A model generated the notes under the pieces. The model had not been told where the DNA came from, did not search any database, and saw nothing but the letters and a program-made list of their open reading frames with translations. A DNA stretch of 64,000 bases from Mobula hypostoma. Taxonomy: Eukaryota. Below, in pieces: positions 52,030 to 64,000 of the stretch (position 1 is the first letter of the stretch; every line of letters starts with the position of its first letter). The stretch spans positions 52,640,001-52,704,000 of the forward strand of contig NC_086097.1 in assembly GCF_963921235.1 (NCBI RefSeq), read 5' to 3'. Position numbers and translations under genes: made by a program.

Positions 52030-52625
52030 CCGTGCACAATTCTGATTTGTTGGAGATGGACGTGAGAGTACGGAGGAACATCTGGAAAACTTCTGAAATG
52101 CCACTTCGCTGCCGCTGTTACTGTGTGGTCCGGAATCTCCAGAGCAGAAGGCCCCAAATCCTCGGCTTTGCTTGTTTCAGCGGCTGGGGCTAGGCCGAAG
52201 GTGCTCAGCAGAGGATGGCGCTCGGGAGGCTGTATTGGAGGGGATGGTCTGATGCTCGAAGTTTTCGGATGGACGGACTCGGTGTCGGCCGTGGTCGGCT
52301 GCTTCCAATGCATCGGCAAGTTGACGGTGCCTAGTGGTTTATGGCAGGGAGTTTCTCCCTTTTGCCACCTGCTATCAGGGACTCAGGAGTCGATCGGGAC
52401 TTGAGACTTCTTTTTTACCGTGCCCATGCTCTGTTCTTTATCAAATTATGGTATTGCTTTGCACTGTTGTAACTAAATGTTATAATTATGTGGTTCTGTC
52501 AGTATTAGTCTTTGGTTTGGCCTGTTTTCTGTGATATCACTCTGGAGGAACATTGTATCATTTCTTAATGCATGTATGCATTTCTAAATGACAATAAAAG
52601 AGGACTGAGTGTTCTCATAATCTAA
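52030..52625 (+). repeat. Non-coding interspersed repeat; second partial copy at 18990-19195
   Basis: About 200 bp shared (ctttatcaaatta.ggtattgc...ctcataatctaa) with AATAAA near the end, like a retroposon 3' end. Confidence 0.7.
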
Positions 52626-53198
52626 ATAAGTTTACAGAATAAGATTGAGATTCAGGTTTATTATCACTGACATTTGGTGTGATGTTTGTTGTTTTGCAAC
52701 AGCAGTACAGCACAGCGCAAAGACATAAAAATCTATGAATTACAAAAATAAACAAGTTGTGCGATTAGAAGGAATAATGAGTTGGTGTTATTGATTCATG
52801 GGCCAGAAAATAAAAAGCTGTTCCTGAATCCTTGCATAGTGGTCTTCAGGGTCCATTACCTTCTTGCTGATGGTAGTAATGTGAACAAGGCATGTCCTGG
52901 ATGGTTAGGGTCTTTCATCATAGATGCCACATTCTTGAGGCACTGCATCTTGAAAATGTCCTTGAAGATGATTGTGCCATGATGGAGCTTGCTTAGTCTA
53001 TAACCTCCGCAGCCTCTCGTGATCCTGTGCATTGGAGGCTCCATACTAGGCTGGTTACTCACCACTGTACAGCTATAGAAATTTGCAAGTCTTTGGTGAC
53101 ATACCAAATCTCCTCAAATGCTGAACAGTCTAGAGCTGCCAGAAAGCCTTCCTGATTGCATCAATCTGCTCCGATTTGTTGAACTTAAAGCTGCTTGC

Positions 53199-54055
53199 CC
53201 TTTCCACCACTGACCCCTCAGTGAGAACTTTTCACTGCTGACCCCTCAGTGAGAACTTCCCACTGCTGACCCCTCAGTAAGAACTTTCCACCGCTGACCC
53301 CTCAGTGAGAACTTCCCACCACTGACCCCTCAGTGAGAACTTTCCACGCTGACCCCTCAGTGAGAACTTCCCACTGCTGACCCCTCAATGAGGACTTTCC
53401 ACCACTGACCCCTAAGTGAGAACTTCCCACTGCTGACCCCTCAGTGAGGACTTTCCACAGCTGACCCCTCAGTGAGGACTTTCCACTGCTGACCCCTCAG
53501 TGAGAACTTTCCACCACTGACCCCTCAGTGAGAACTTTCCACCACTGACCCCTCAGTGAGAACTTCCCACCGCTGACCCCTCAGTGAGGACTTTCCACCA
53601 CTGACCCCTCAGTGAGAACTTCCCACCGCTGACCCCTCAGTGAGGACTTTCCACCACTGACCCCTCAGTGAGAACTTCCCACAGCTGACCCTTCAGTGTG
53701 GACTTTTCACTGCTGACCCTTCAGTGTGGACTTTCCACCACTGACCCCTCAGTGAGAACTTTTCACTGCTGACCCCTCAGTGAGGACTTTCCACCACTGA
53801 CCCCTCAGTGAGGACTTTTCACTGCTGACCCCTCAGTGAGGACTTTCCACCACTGACCCCTCAGTGAGGACTTTTCACTGCTGACCCCTCAGTGAGGACT
53901 TTCCACCACTGACCCCTCAGTGAGGACTTTTCACCGCTGACCCCTCAGTGAGGACTTTTCACTGCTGACCCCTCAGTGAGGACTTTTCACCGCTGACCCC
54001 TCAGTGTGGACTTTCCACTGCTGACCCCTCAGTGAGAACTTCCCACCGCTGACTT
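53199..54055. repeat. 28-bp minisatellite, about 30 copies
   Basis: Unit ctttccaccactgacccctcagtgag(a/g)a; tgacccctca recurs at 53211, 53239, 53267 and onward. Confidence 0.95.
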
Positions 54056-54059
54056 CTCA

Positions 54060-55600
54060 CTGGCTACTGTGGAAGGCAAGGGAGGAGATTGCTGAGTCTC
54101 TGGCAATGATCTTTGCATCATCAATGGGACGGGAGAAGTTCTAGAAGGTTGGAGAGTTGCGGATGTTATTCCCTTATTCAAGAAAGGCAGTAGAGATAGC
54201 CCAGGAAATTATAGACCAGTGAGTCTTATTTCAGTGGTTGGTAAGTTGTTGGAGAAGATCCTGAGAGGCAAGATTTATGAACATTTGGAGAGGCATAATA
54301 TGATTAGGAATAGTCAGCATGGCTTTGTCAAAGGCAGGTCATGCTTTGCAAGTCTGATTGAATTTTTTGAGGATGGGACTAAACACACTGATGAAGATAG
54401 AGCAGTAGATGTAATGTATATGGATTTCAGCAAGGCATTTGATAAGGTACCCCAAGCCAAGCTTATTGAGAAAGTAAGGAGGCATGGGATCCATGGGGAC
54501 CTTGCTTTGCGGATCCAGAACTGGCTTGCTCACACAAGGTAAAGAGAGGTTGTAGACAGGTCATATTCTGCATGGAGGTCGGTGACCAGTGGTGTGCCTC
54601 AGGGATCTGTTCTGGGACCCCTTCTCTTCGTGAACTTTATAAATGACCTGGATAAGGAAGTGGAGGGATGGATAGTAAATTTACTGATGACGCAAAGATT
54701 GGGGGTGTTGTGGATAGTGTGGAGGGCTGTCAGAAGTTACAGCGGGACATTGATAGGATGCAAAACTGGGCTGAGAAGTGGCAGATGGAGCTCAAACCAG
54801 GTAAGTGTGAGGTGGTTCATTTTTGTAGGTCAAATATGATGGCAGAATATAGTACTAATGGTAAGACTCTTGGCAGTGTGGAAGATCAGAGGGATCTTGG
54901 GGTCAGAGTCCATAGGATATTCAAAGCTGCTGCACAGGTTGACTCTGTGGTTAAGAAAGCATACGGTGCATTGACCTTCATCAACCATGGGATTCAGTTC
55001 AAGAGCTGAGGGGTAATGTTGCAGCTATATAGGACCCTGGTCAGACCCCACTTGGAGTACTGTGCTCAGTTCTGGTCAGCTCACTACAGGAAGGATGTGG
55101 AAACTATAGAAAGGGTGCAGAGGAGATTTACAAGGACGTTGCCTGGATTGGGAAGCATGCCTTATGAGAATAGGTTTAGTGAATGGCCTTTTCTCCTTGG
55201 AGCGATGGAGGATGAGAGGTGACCTGATAGAGGTGTATAAGATGATGAGAGGCATTGATCGTGTGAACAGTCAGAGGCTTTTTCCCAGGGCTGAAACAGC
55301 TAACATGAGAGGGCACAGTTTTAAGGTGCTTGGAAGCAGGTACAGAGGAGATGTCAGGGGTAAGTTTATTACGCAGAGAGTGGCGAGTACGTGGAATGGG
55401 CTGCCGGTGATGGTGGTGGACGCAGATACAATAGAGTCTTTTAAGAGACTCTTGGATAGGTACATGGAGCTTAGAAAAATAGAGGGATAGAGGGCTATGG
55501 GTAACCCTTGGTAATTTCTAAAGTAAGTACATGTTTGGCACAGCATTGTGGGCCAAAGGGCCTGTATTGTGCTGCAGGTTTCTATGTTTCTCTGTTTCCA
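54060..55600 (+). mobile_element. CR1 LINE, 5'-truncated, inserted within the minisatellite
   Basis: [30 protein letters not shown]; tttctatgtttc tail. Confidence 0.88.
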
Positions 55601-57719
55601 TGACCCCTCGGTGAAGACTTTCCACCACTGACCCTTCAGTAAGGACTATGCTAGCTCTGCCTTTACCTGAAGGTGCCAAATAGTCCATGTAGTAGATGGT
55701 TAAGCCTTCGGGATGATTCAGATTCAGATTCATTTATCACATGTACATCAAAACATACAGTGAAAAGCATTATTTGCCTTAACAACCAACACACCTACGG
55801 ATGTCCGGGGCAGCCCACAAGTGGTTGTCACACATTCTGGCACCAACATAGAATGCCCACACTGTTCAGCAGAACAACACAAACACAAGCGACAATGCCC
55901 CTTCCACACTCTCCCACTTACCTACCTGCTCACCTACTCACACACCCACAGAGAGGCCTCCAAACCGAGAAAGACTGCTAGATTCTCAGACTTGTAGACA
56001 CTGGGCCTGCAACCTCCAGTTCCAGGCTCAGACTCAAAGAGATTGGGTCTCAGACCTCTGGACAAGCCCACCCGGGGGTTTCAGTCTTAAACCTTCAAGC
56101 TTCTGCCTCTGCAGTCACCAAGCAGTGGGATTCAACCTTTGGCTTTTCCCTCTTGACTTTGCTGACCTCTGGGCCTCTGCCCTCAGAGTTGTTTTGGCCT
56201 CCAGCCCAGTAACCACCAACCTTGGAATCACTGGTCTCCTCAGCACCTGCTGACCTGACCTCTGAGATCACTGGTCTTCAACCGTGGGGTGCTCTGACCT
56301 GGACTCCAAACATCAGCTCCTGCCCCAACTCTTCATTCATTGTTCCTGCCCCTAAATCCTAACCTGGCCCCGGACTCCCTGTGCTATCTCCAAAACTATC
56401 CCAACTGATTCTGACCCACGGCTTTGACGGACATCACAGCTTGGCACTATCTTTACTGGAAGTGACTGAAGTGCTGTGTCCAGAGCTCTGGCTTTGATAT
56501 GCGGAATTGTCAGAAATTGTAAAATGCAATATTATGAGAAAAAAACCCGTTCCCTTTTCTCCTGTGCAAAAAAACACACTGCCCCGAAATAAAGCATTTA
56601 TTTAGTGGACAACAGCCGTGTGTACAGCAGTGCCCAAATATGAAAATACCGATTCAGAATCAGTTTTATTATCACGGATTTCGGTGCTAGAAATCATATT
56701 GCTACATTAATTTCACTTAAACAAGATGGTTAGTTATCATAATGTTCTTTACATTAGTCACATGAAGAGTGAGAATTTGACATGTGCAGTTGACATTGTG
56801 GTCAGGTCTTCCTGTATAACACTGTGCAATGTGGCATTTTGATTTTCACAGAAAAATTTCAATTGATATGTTCTACATTCTTGCTGCTGGTAGCATAGAG
56901 CCGAGCAAATGCAGTCTGTGTGGTCAGCTCTCACACTGACATGCAATGATACAAGCTACAGCCAGAAAGTTACTTATGAATCAATGGATCATGCAATGAG
57001 GAGAGTGCTCCCTGCAGTTCAGAAGAACCTGGACATGCTTTCAATGGTAAACTGTACCTAAAGGAAGCATGGCCTCGCAAGGAGCAATGAAAATCTTCCA
57101 GCGTTCAGCATAAACAAAAAATTGCTGGAAATACTCAGCAGTTCAGGCAGCATCTGTGGAAGAAGAAGCTGACCTTTTGTTGGGCCTTTGACCTGAAATT
57201 GTTTGGCCCACTGTGTCTGGGCTGACCATGAATCACCAACATACACTAATCCATTACTCCACTTTTATTCTCTCCATATTCCCATCAGTTCCTCCCAGGT
57301 TCTATCACTGCACTTAGGGATGACTAATAGTGACAATTAACAGAGTGGAGTTATTCAGATATCCATCATCTGCAGTTATTCATTTTCACATTCAGGCTTA
57401 AGGTCAGGAATGCTGGCAGGAGGTTGCCGGGAATTGTCTGTAAGGAATTTGCTCACTTTTGGGGAGCAAATTCTCACGTACACTCAGTTTACTTCAGTAT
57501 GGAGGTTGGAATAATTCCACGGCAAGGAAATTAGGAATGATTCTGACCTTGAACTCCATGGGAAAATAGTTAAGACACAAATGGGAATCTGTGCTTGAGA
57601 TAATGGATCTTGGGAGGACAAAGAATGCAGCTTAAATGTTGACCCTTTTGGGAAAACAGTTAGTAGAGCTGAGCAGTTCTGTGGTAAAACCCAAAGTATC
57701 ATTTTTCAGAGTAGTCAAG

Positions 57720-59420
57720 GATCTAGGATCAATTTTATTTGCCACATACATCAACATGTATTAAGAATTTGCTGTGGTGTTTGGTCAGGGTGTGACAAGC
57801 GACAGAAAACAATAATTCAACAATTATAGAGAATATATTATTATATAAAATATAAAGTTTGAGGTTAAAGTACAGATATGGAATAAAATGTGTATAAATA
57901 CATAAATAGCAGCATGCATTTACAATGCATTATAAAAAGTGGTTTAAAGTGTTGACTGCAATGCTGTGATGGACATTATAGCTAGAAGGGTGTGGGGTGG
58001 GGGCTCATTAGAATGGTTGATCAGATTAACTGCCTCGGGGAAGAAACCTTAAAGGTGATGTGCAATTTTTGGTTTAAAAGCCTTATAGTACTTTCCAAAA
58101 GGGAACTATTGAAAAAGGCAGTTTGCAGGGTGGGTAGTGCCTGCACTAATTTTTGCTACCCACTGCTTTGTAGGATACAAACAAGTTCTACAGTGATGAT
58201 GGACTGCAGCCAATGACCTTTTCTGCTAACACGACAGTCTACTGTAGTTTTCAGATACTGTGAGAGACTGCTACACCAATCCAGACAGCAATGACTGATG
58301 TGAGGTTGCTCTTTATGACGGCAGTTTAGAAATCCACCAGTTCAGGAAAAGATGGAATTTTACCAACTGCTGCAAGACGTACACCCTTGACTGAGCCTTT
58401 TTGTTAATGAAGGAAATACAGTTCTCTCACATGAGGTCCTGCAAAATAATGATGTCTGGGTATCTGAACATTGAAACAATGCTAACTGTAGAGTTGTTAA
58501 TGATGAGTGGGTGGAGAAGAGAGACATTTTTCACGAAGTCAATATGAATCTCCATGTTTTCAAGGGTATTCAACACCAAGTTGTTGTGATTGCACCAGGA
58601 CACTAACTTGTTTACTTCCTGGTGCTACTTTGATTCATCACCTCTGGTGACTGGTCCAATGACAGTGGTGGCGTCCACAAGCTTTATCAGTTTATTGATG
58701 TGTCATTGATGTAGAGAGAAAGTAGGAGAGGGGGGAGAATGCACCCCTGAGTCACACCAGTGCTGAGAGAGTGAGATGTGGAGATGTGCTTGCCTGGTCT
58801 CACATACTGTCTCCTGTCAGTATGTGATCCATCTGCAGGTGGGACCTGGTATGTTAAGCCTGGAGAGTTTTTTCTTGCAGAAGCTCCGGGGTGATGGGAT
58901 TGAAGGCAGAACTGAAATCAACAAAGAGAATCCCGGCATAGGTGCCAGGGGAATAGAAGCACTACAATATGAAGTCCAGACAAATGGTAACTGCATCATC
59001 TGCAGATCTTTTGGCTTTGTAGGTGAACTGCAGTAGACCTAGAAAATTTTGTGCTATGGATTTGAGAAATGACGTGACCAGCCTTACGTGAGTTTTCATT
59101 GTGACCGACGTGAGTGCAACTATTCTGTAGTACAGTATTGAGTCCAGTGATTTTGAATTTTTGGGACTGGAATAAATACATATTGCTTCCAACATGCTGG
59201 AACAGTGCACAGTTTGAGAGAGTGGTTGAAAATGTGTGAAGACTGTAGACAGTTTGTGTTCAGCACAGAGGAGACCGAGCTGGATGGAAAATCTAATTGC
59301 AATTGAATATTGCCTGTCACATTGCTTTTGACATAATCCTAAGGGATTTAACGTCTCTTTTGGGAAAAGGCACCAAAGCAAACAGACAGTTCTGCCAAAG
59401 AGTCTGGCAATACATTTCTC
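57720..59420 (-). mobile_element. Highly degraded LINE (Rex1/L2-like)
   Basis: YRIVALTSVTMK..LQFTYKAKRSADDAV remnants. Confidence 0.6.
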
Positions 59421-61654
59421 AAAATGTGACACGATACCAAAGAATGTATGCAGAATTACTAAGCCAATATTTAACTGCACAGCGTACTTTTGAAGTAGTG
59501 TGACTGGAATATTAGACCAGTGTTGTTTTCCTGACATATGCCTTTATTCAAATCTCTTGTATGAAGCCTACAATTAAGTAATAGAAGTGCTGTTATAGAT
59601 TGCCAGTAATCAAAGATTTGCATTATATATTGCTTTGCATAGAACATCAAATATCATCTAAACTTTATTTAAAGTTCTTCTAACAATTCACTGTAATTCC
59701 TGTTATGAAGCCATAAAACAACTGGGATACAAGCTTTTTACTTGTTTCCTGGTAATGAAATAGAAGACAGTTGAGAGTCCCCTGTGGAAATTAATGGCAT
59801 TGATTTTCTGCCAGTAAAGAATCAATCCATATAAATTTTACATGTATAAGGTGAAAGAACACATTCTTCCTATATATTTGTAAGCTAATTTAAGTTTGTG
59901 TCCAAAAATGCTGAATATCCTGAAAGGATCCTCAATATTTTGTCAGTGGAACAATATATGTCCGTGTTTAACAAGTTGCTTCAAAAAGCAATCAAGTTTA
60001 AATTGTTTCCTGCTCTAATCTAGTTATACTTTATTGTCACCAAACAATTGATACTAGAATGTACAATCATCACAGCGATATTTGATTCTGTGCTTCCCGC
60101 TCCCTGGATTACAAATCAATAGTAAATATTAAAAATGTAATTTATAAATCATAAATAGAAAATAGAAAAATGGAAGGTAAGGTATTTAAAAAAAAACGAG
60201 AAGCAGGTCTGGATATTTGGAGGGTACGGCTCAGATCCAGGTCAGGATCCGTTCAGCTGTCTTATCACAGTTGGAAAGAAGCTGTTCCCAAATTCAGTGA
60301 AAATTCAGTTTTCACTGAATAGTTGAGGTTATGTCATCAGTATTATCAGCCAGACCAAAGAAAGTACTTTTAGTGGAAGCTAGCCACAAGAAAAGCTCAG
60401 GTGCAAATAACCAACAGAAATGTAATAACCTGAGGTACATGCAAGAACCTCAGTTTGAGCTATATGCTGAACTGTATAGATTGCAGGTCCCTGGTCTGGA
60501 AGGTGATATGAATTGCATCTTCTGTTGCCAATAAGTATGAATGACTGGTGATGTGCAGATAAATATAGTAATGTTTGTCACGGTGTCCATGTTTTGGGAT
60601 GAAGACTTTTTCAAAACAGCGTACACAGGTGCTGGAATGGAAATGATGCTTTTTGTTCGGTAAAATTAAACTCTTTGACTGATTAAAAATTTCAAATGTC
60701 TTAACTTAATAGTTCTTTTTATGGTTTCCAACCCAGTACCTTAGATGTTCATAAGTACCAGGTTGTTGCTTTTCATTAATAAACTGCTGTATAATAAAAC
60801 ATTATCTCTGATGGACTTGAACTTTCCCTCTTTTTCTGTCTTTGCTGAAGTGATTTCAGTTTAGGTTTCTATGCAGAAATACTTTGCTCAACACTCTGAA
60901 CGTATGCAGAACTAAGGTAAACAATTCCAGTTTTTCCAAGACTATTCATGAGAATCCTCTTCTCCAGGTCCATTCTGACAAATTCTATTCAGACTCTTCA
61001 AATAACATTTTAATAATTGCATACTTTGTTTTAGCAGAATTGTGAGACATTGAGATGATCAATAGAACTAGTTTTGCAGTATAAGATATTTTATGAATAA
61101 AATGCTTTCAGCTATTAACTGATTTTAGTTACACAGGCAGATGTGACACTATTCAATCAACTGTTGTATGTGGAGCATGTGGTCTTCAGATGAATGAGTC
61201 CTTGTTCAAATCTTTGAAACGTGCTGGCAAAGCTCTAGATCTAAAATACCAACATTATACTGCACATCAAAACTCTCACAATCCTGTGGTGAGGGACACA
61301 GTGAAGGCGGATATCCTGTTCTGTATGTGAGAATCTGTAAGAACCTTGTTACTGGCAGTCACAAAATATAAGGAGTTTCCTGATACTGAAATAAAAATAT
61401 GAATGCCGAACAATTAGTCATGATTGGCATTATATATTTATAAGCAGGAAATGAGTAGCAAATTACACACGGCAGAGGATCTAGATAAATAAGTGGGGAA
61501 TAAGGAAACAGCTCAAACTTCAAATAAGTATTTATGTCTTTCCCCACTGTAGAAGATACAGTAATTATGCCAAAATAATGCAGAATATCCTGCAAAGTAA
61601 TTAATGATAGTACAGAAAAGCTACTGAATAACTTAACAGAATTGTACATCAATT

Positions 61655-62430
61655 TATAGAATTGTTGAGTTATACAGCACAGAAGCAGGCTCTTTGGACC
61701 AATTCATCCATGCCGACAAAGTTGTCTAACTGAGTTAGTCTCGTTTAAATGTGTTTGGTCCATGTAGGCTTTTTCTATCCAAGTATCTATCCAAATATCT
61801 TTCAAATATTGCAATTGTACCTACCTCTACTACTTCTACTGGCAGCTCATTCTACATACCTGCCACCTTCTGTGTGAAAAGTTTGCTCCTCAAATATCCT
61901 TTAAATCTTTCCCCTCTTAAATCTATGGCCACTAATTTTAAACTCCTCTATCCCGGGAAACAGACTGTGATCATTCATCTAACCTATGCCCCGCATGATT
62001 TTATATACCTCTGTAAGGTCACACCTCAGTCTCCTACACTCCAAAGAAAACAGCCCCAGCCTCTTCCATCTTTCCTGATACCTCACACTCTCCAGTCCCA
62101 TCAACATCCTATGGATCGTTGCTGCACCTTTTCCTTCTTAAAGACATCCTTCCTACAGCTAAGCAAGCAGAACTATACACAATGATCCAAGTGTGCTCTC
62201 ACCAATGTAACATTACAACATAACTCTTATGCTCAGTGCCCTGAACAATAAAGGCAAGCATGCTAACCACACTCTTCAACACCCAGTCTATTGGTGTCAC
62301 CACTTTCAGGAAACTATTCACTTTTACCTCCAGAACTCTCTGCTCTACAATAGCACTGCCATGGTTTAACTTGCCAAAATGCAACATTTTGCACTTGCCT
62401 GAACTAACTTCCATCTAACATTTGTCAGTT
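61655..62430 (-). mobile_element. Degraded CR1 3' fragment
   Basis: KCKMLHFGK..SMLAFI; similar to 1430-2120, another - strand CR1 end. Confidence 0.7.
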
Positions 62431-62891
62431 GATCTCGATCCTTTTTCAACAGAATCATAGAGTCAAAAGGAAAAAAGCATGGGGGAAAAGAAAATGGCAT
62501 TGGCCCAACTAGCCCACGCCAACCATGATCCCAGCAAGTTAATTCCAGTTATCAGCACATGGCCCACATCCCTCTAAACCCCTCCAAATGTCTTTTAAAT
62601 GCTATTTTACTTGCCCCATCTGCTTTCTCTAGTTTTTAGTTTCCCTTCCCTGGGTAAGTATGCATTTCCCCTGTAGATAGGCCTCATGATTTTTTTTATT
62701 TAGAGATACAGCGCGGAGCAGGCCCGCCAAGCTGCACAGCCCAGCATCCCACTGATTCAACCCCTGGCATAATCACAGGACAACTTACAGTGACCAGTTA
62801 ACCTACGTACTAGCTGGAATGTCTTTGGACTGTGAGAGGAAACCGGTGCACCAGGAGGAACCACATGGGAAAAATGTTTACAAACTTGAAC

Positions 62892-63837
62892 CTTTTGGAC
62901 ATTGCTTTTTTTGTCCGTCTTGTTGTTTGTGGTTTTTCTGTTTTGTTCCTTTGTACATATTTACAGTGAATGTCCACAAGAAATAGAAACTCAGGATATA
63001 TGGTGCCATATGTATAGATTGATAATAAATTTACTTTGAATTTTGAACTTAGATATTGCACCACTTAGCATGGGACGGGTAGTGCATCACTTGGCCTGAG
63101 AGGAGAAGGGGTTGGTGGTGGTGGAATTGACCCCCAAACTCTGATACCCCAAGCTGTAATAGTGCCTGGATAACTGCTACACTGCTGTGGCCAAATTCAA
63201 AAGCATTAGCACCTTCATCTCATCTCAGGGGATAAGTTTCATTACAGGCCTACAGACTCCAATAGTATTTGACTACACTTCCTCCCACCCTGCCCCCAGT
63301 AAGGATTCCAATCCTTACCTCTCTCAATTCTACAAGCTTCACAGAGGCATCTCTTTACTATGACTTCCCTCTCCCATTATTGATTTTGATCTCACCTGTT
63401 TTTCACACATCAGCTCTCAAACCGTCCCTGCCAGACAGGGTAAAGGCAGAGTTCCCCTGGGCTACACCCTCCACCCCACCAGCCTCCACATTCAGCAGAT
63501 CAGGCTTTACAATTTATACCATATTCAATGAAATCCACCCTTTCTCTTCCACTGTCAACATTTAGAAGGGTCTACTACCCTTGCCATTCCCTAGCCCGCT
63601 TGTCCACCACCACCAACCCCTTCTCCTCTCAGGCTAAGTGATGCACTACCTGTCCCATGCTAAGTGGTGCAACATCGAAGTTCAAAATTCAAAGTAAATC
63701 TATTATCAATCTATACACATGGCACCATATATCCTGAGTTTCTATTTCTTGTGGGCATTCACTGTAAATATGTACAAAGGCACAAGATAGAAAAACCACA
63801 AACAACAAGATGGATAAAAAAAAGCAATGTCCAAAAG
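62892..63837. repeat. Local inverted duplication with arms of about 234 bp
   Basis: 62892-63125 is the reverse complement of 63603-63837. Confidence 0.88.
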
Positions 63838-64000
63838 ATGCAAATACAAAAAGAGAAAAACAAACAAAATAATAGCAATAAATAAGCAATGAAGATGAAG
63901 TGTCCTTCAAAGTGAGACCATAGGTTGTGGAAACAGCTCAGTGTTGGGGTTAGTGAATTTGAATGAAGTTATCCCCACTGGTTCAAGAGCTTGATAGTTG

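Noticed and set aside
53199..54055. CRISPR-like array
   Set aside because: Head-to-tail repeats with no spacers, no cas genes, eukaryotic context.
60292..60320. 12-bp hairpin attcagtgaaaa/ttttcactgaat
   Set aside because: It sits at a LINE truncation junction and is most likely insertion filler.
56700..61650. Possible exons of a downstream neighbour gene such as TXNDC16
   Set aside because: The frames I translated around candidate splice sites (for example a - strand acceptor near 61386) gave no recognisable protein; not supported without a search.

Overview
AT-rich, repeat-dense vertebrate genomic DNA, most likely from a cartilaginous fish such as a ray. That assignment is inferred only from the repeat complement (V-SINE/HE1-type SINEs, CR1 LINEs, Penelope-like elements). 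Two tandem + strand prostanoid-receptor genes are present. The first is represented only by its last coding exon (3577-3783, missed by the ORF track) and is PTGDR/DP1-like. The second is a complete two-exon PTGER2/EP2-like gene (34586-35368 + 36471-36695, 335 aa) with a CpG-island promoter carrying a perfect CRE. The rest is mobile DNA. A young Neptune-type Penelope-like retroelement (PLE) family has made several inverted-repeat insertions with clear target-site duplications (TSDs), carries a minimal hammerhead ribozyme in its terminus, has inserted upstream of, inside and downstream of the EP2 gene, and appears twice to have copied local host DNA. Also present are a Sleeping Beauty-like Tc1 transposon with two right ends, a solo LTR with a 4-bp TSD, CR1 and Rex1/Babar-like LINEs, and a 28-bp minisatellite derived from LINE sequence. 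All coordinates were read by eye; old repeat boundaries are approximate, and homology calls are from memory of known families, not database searches.
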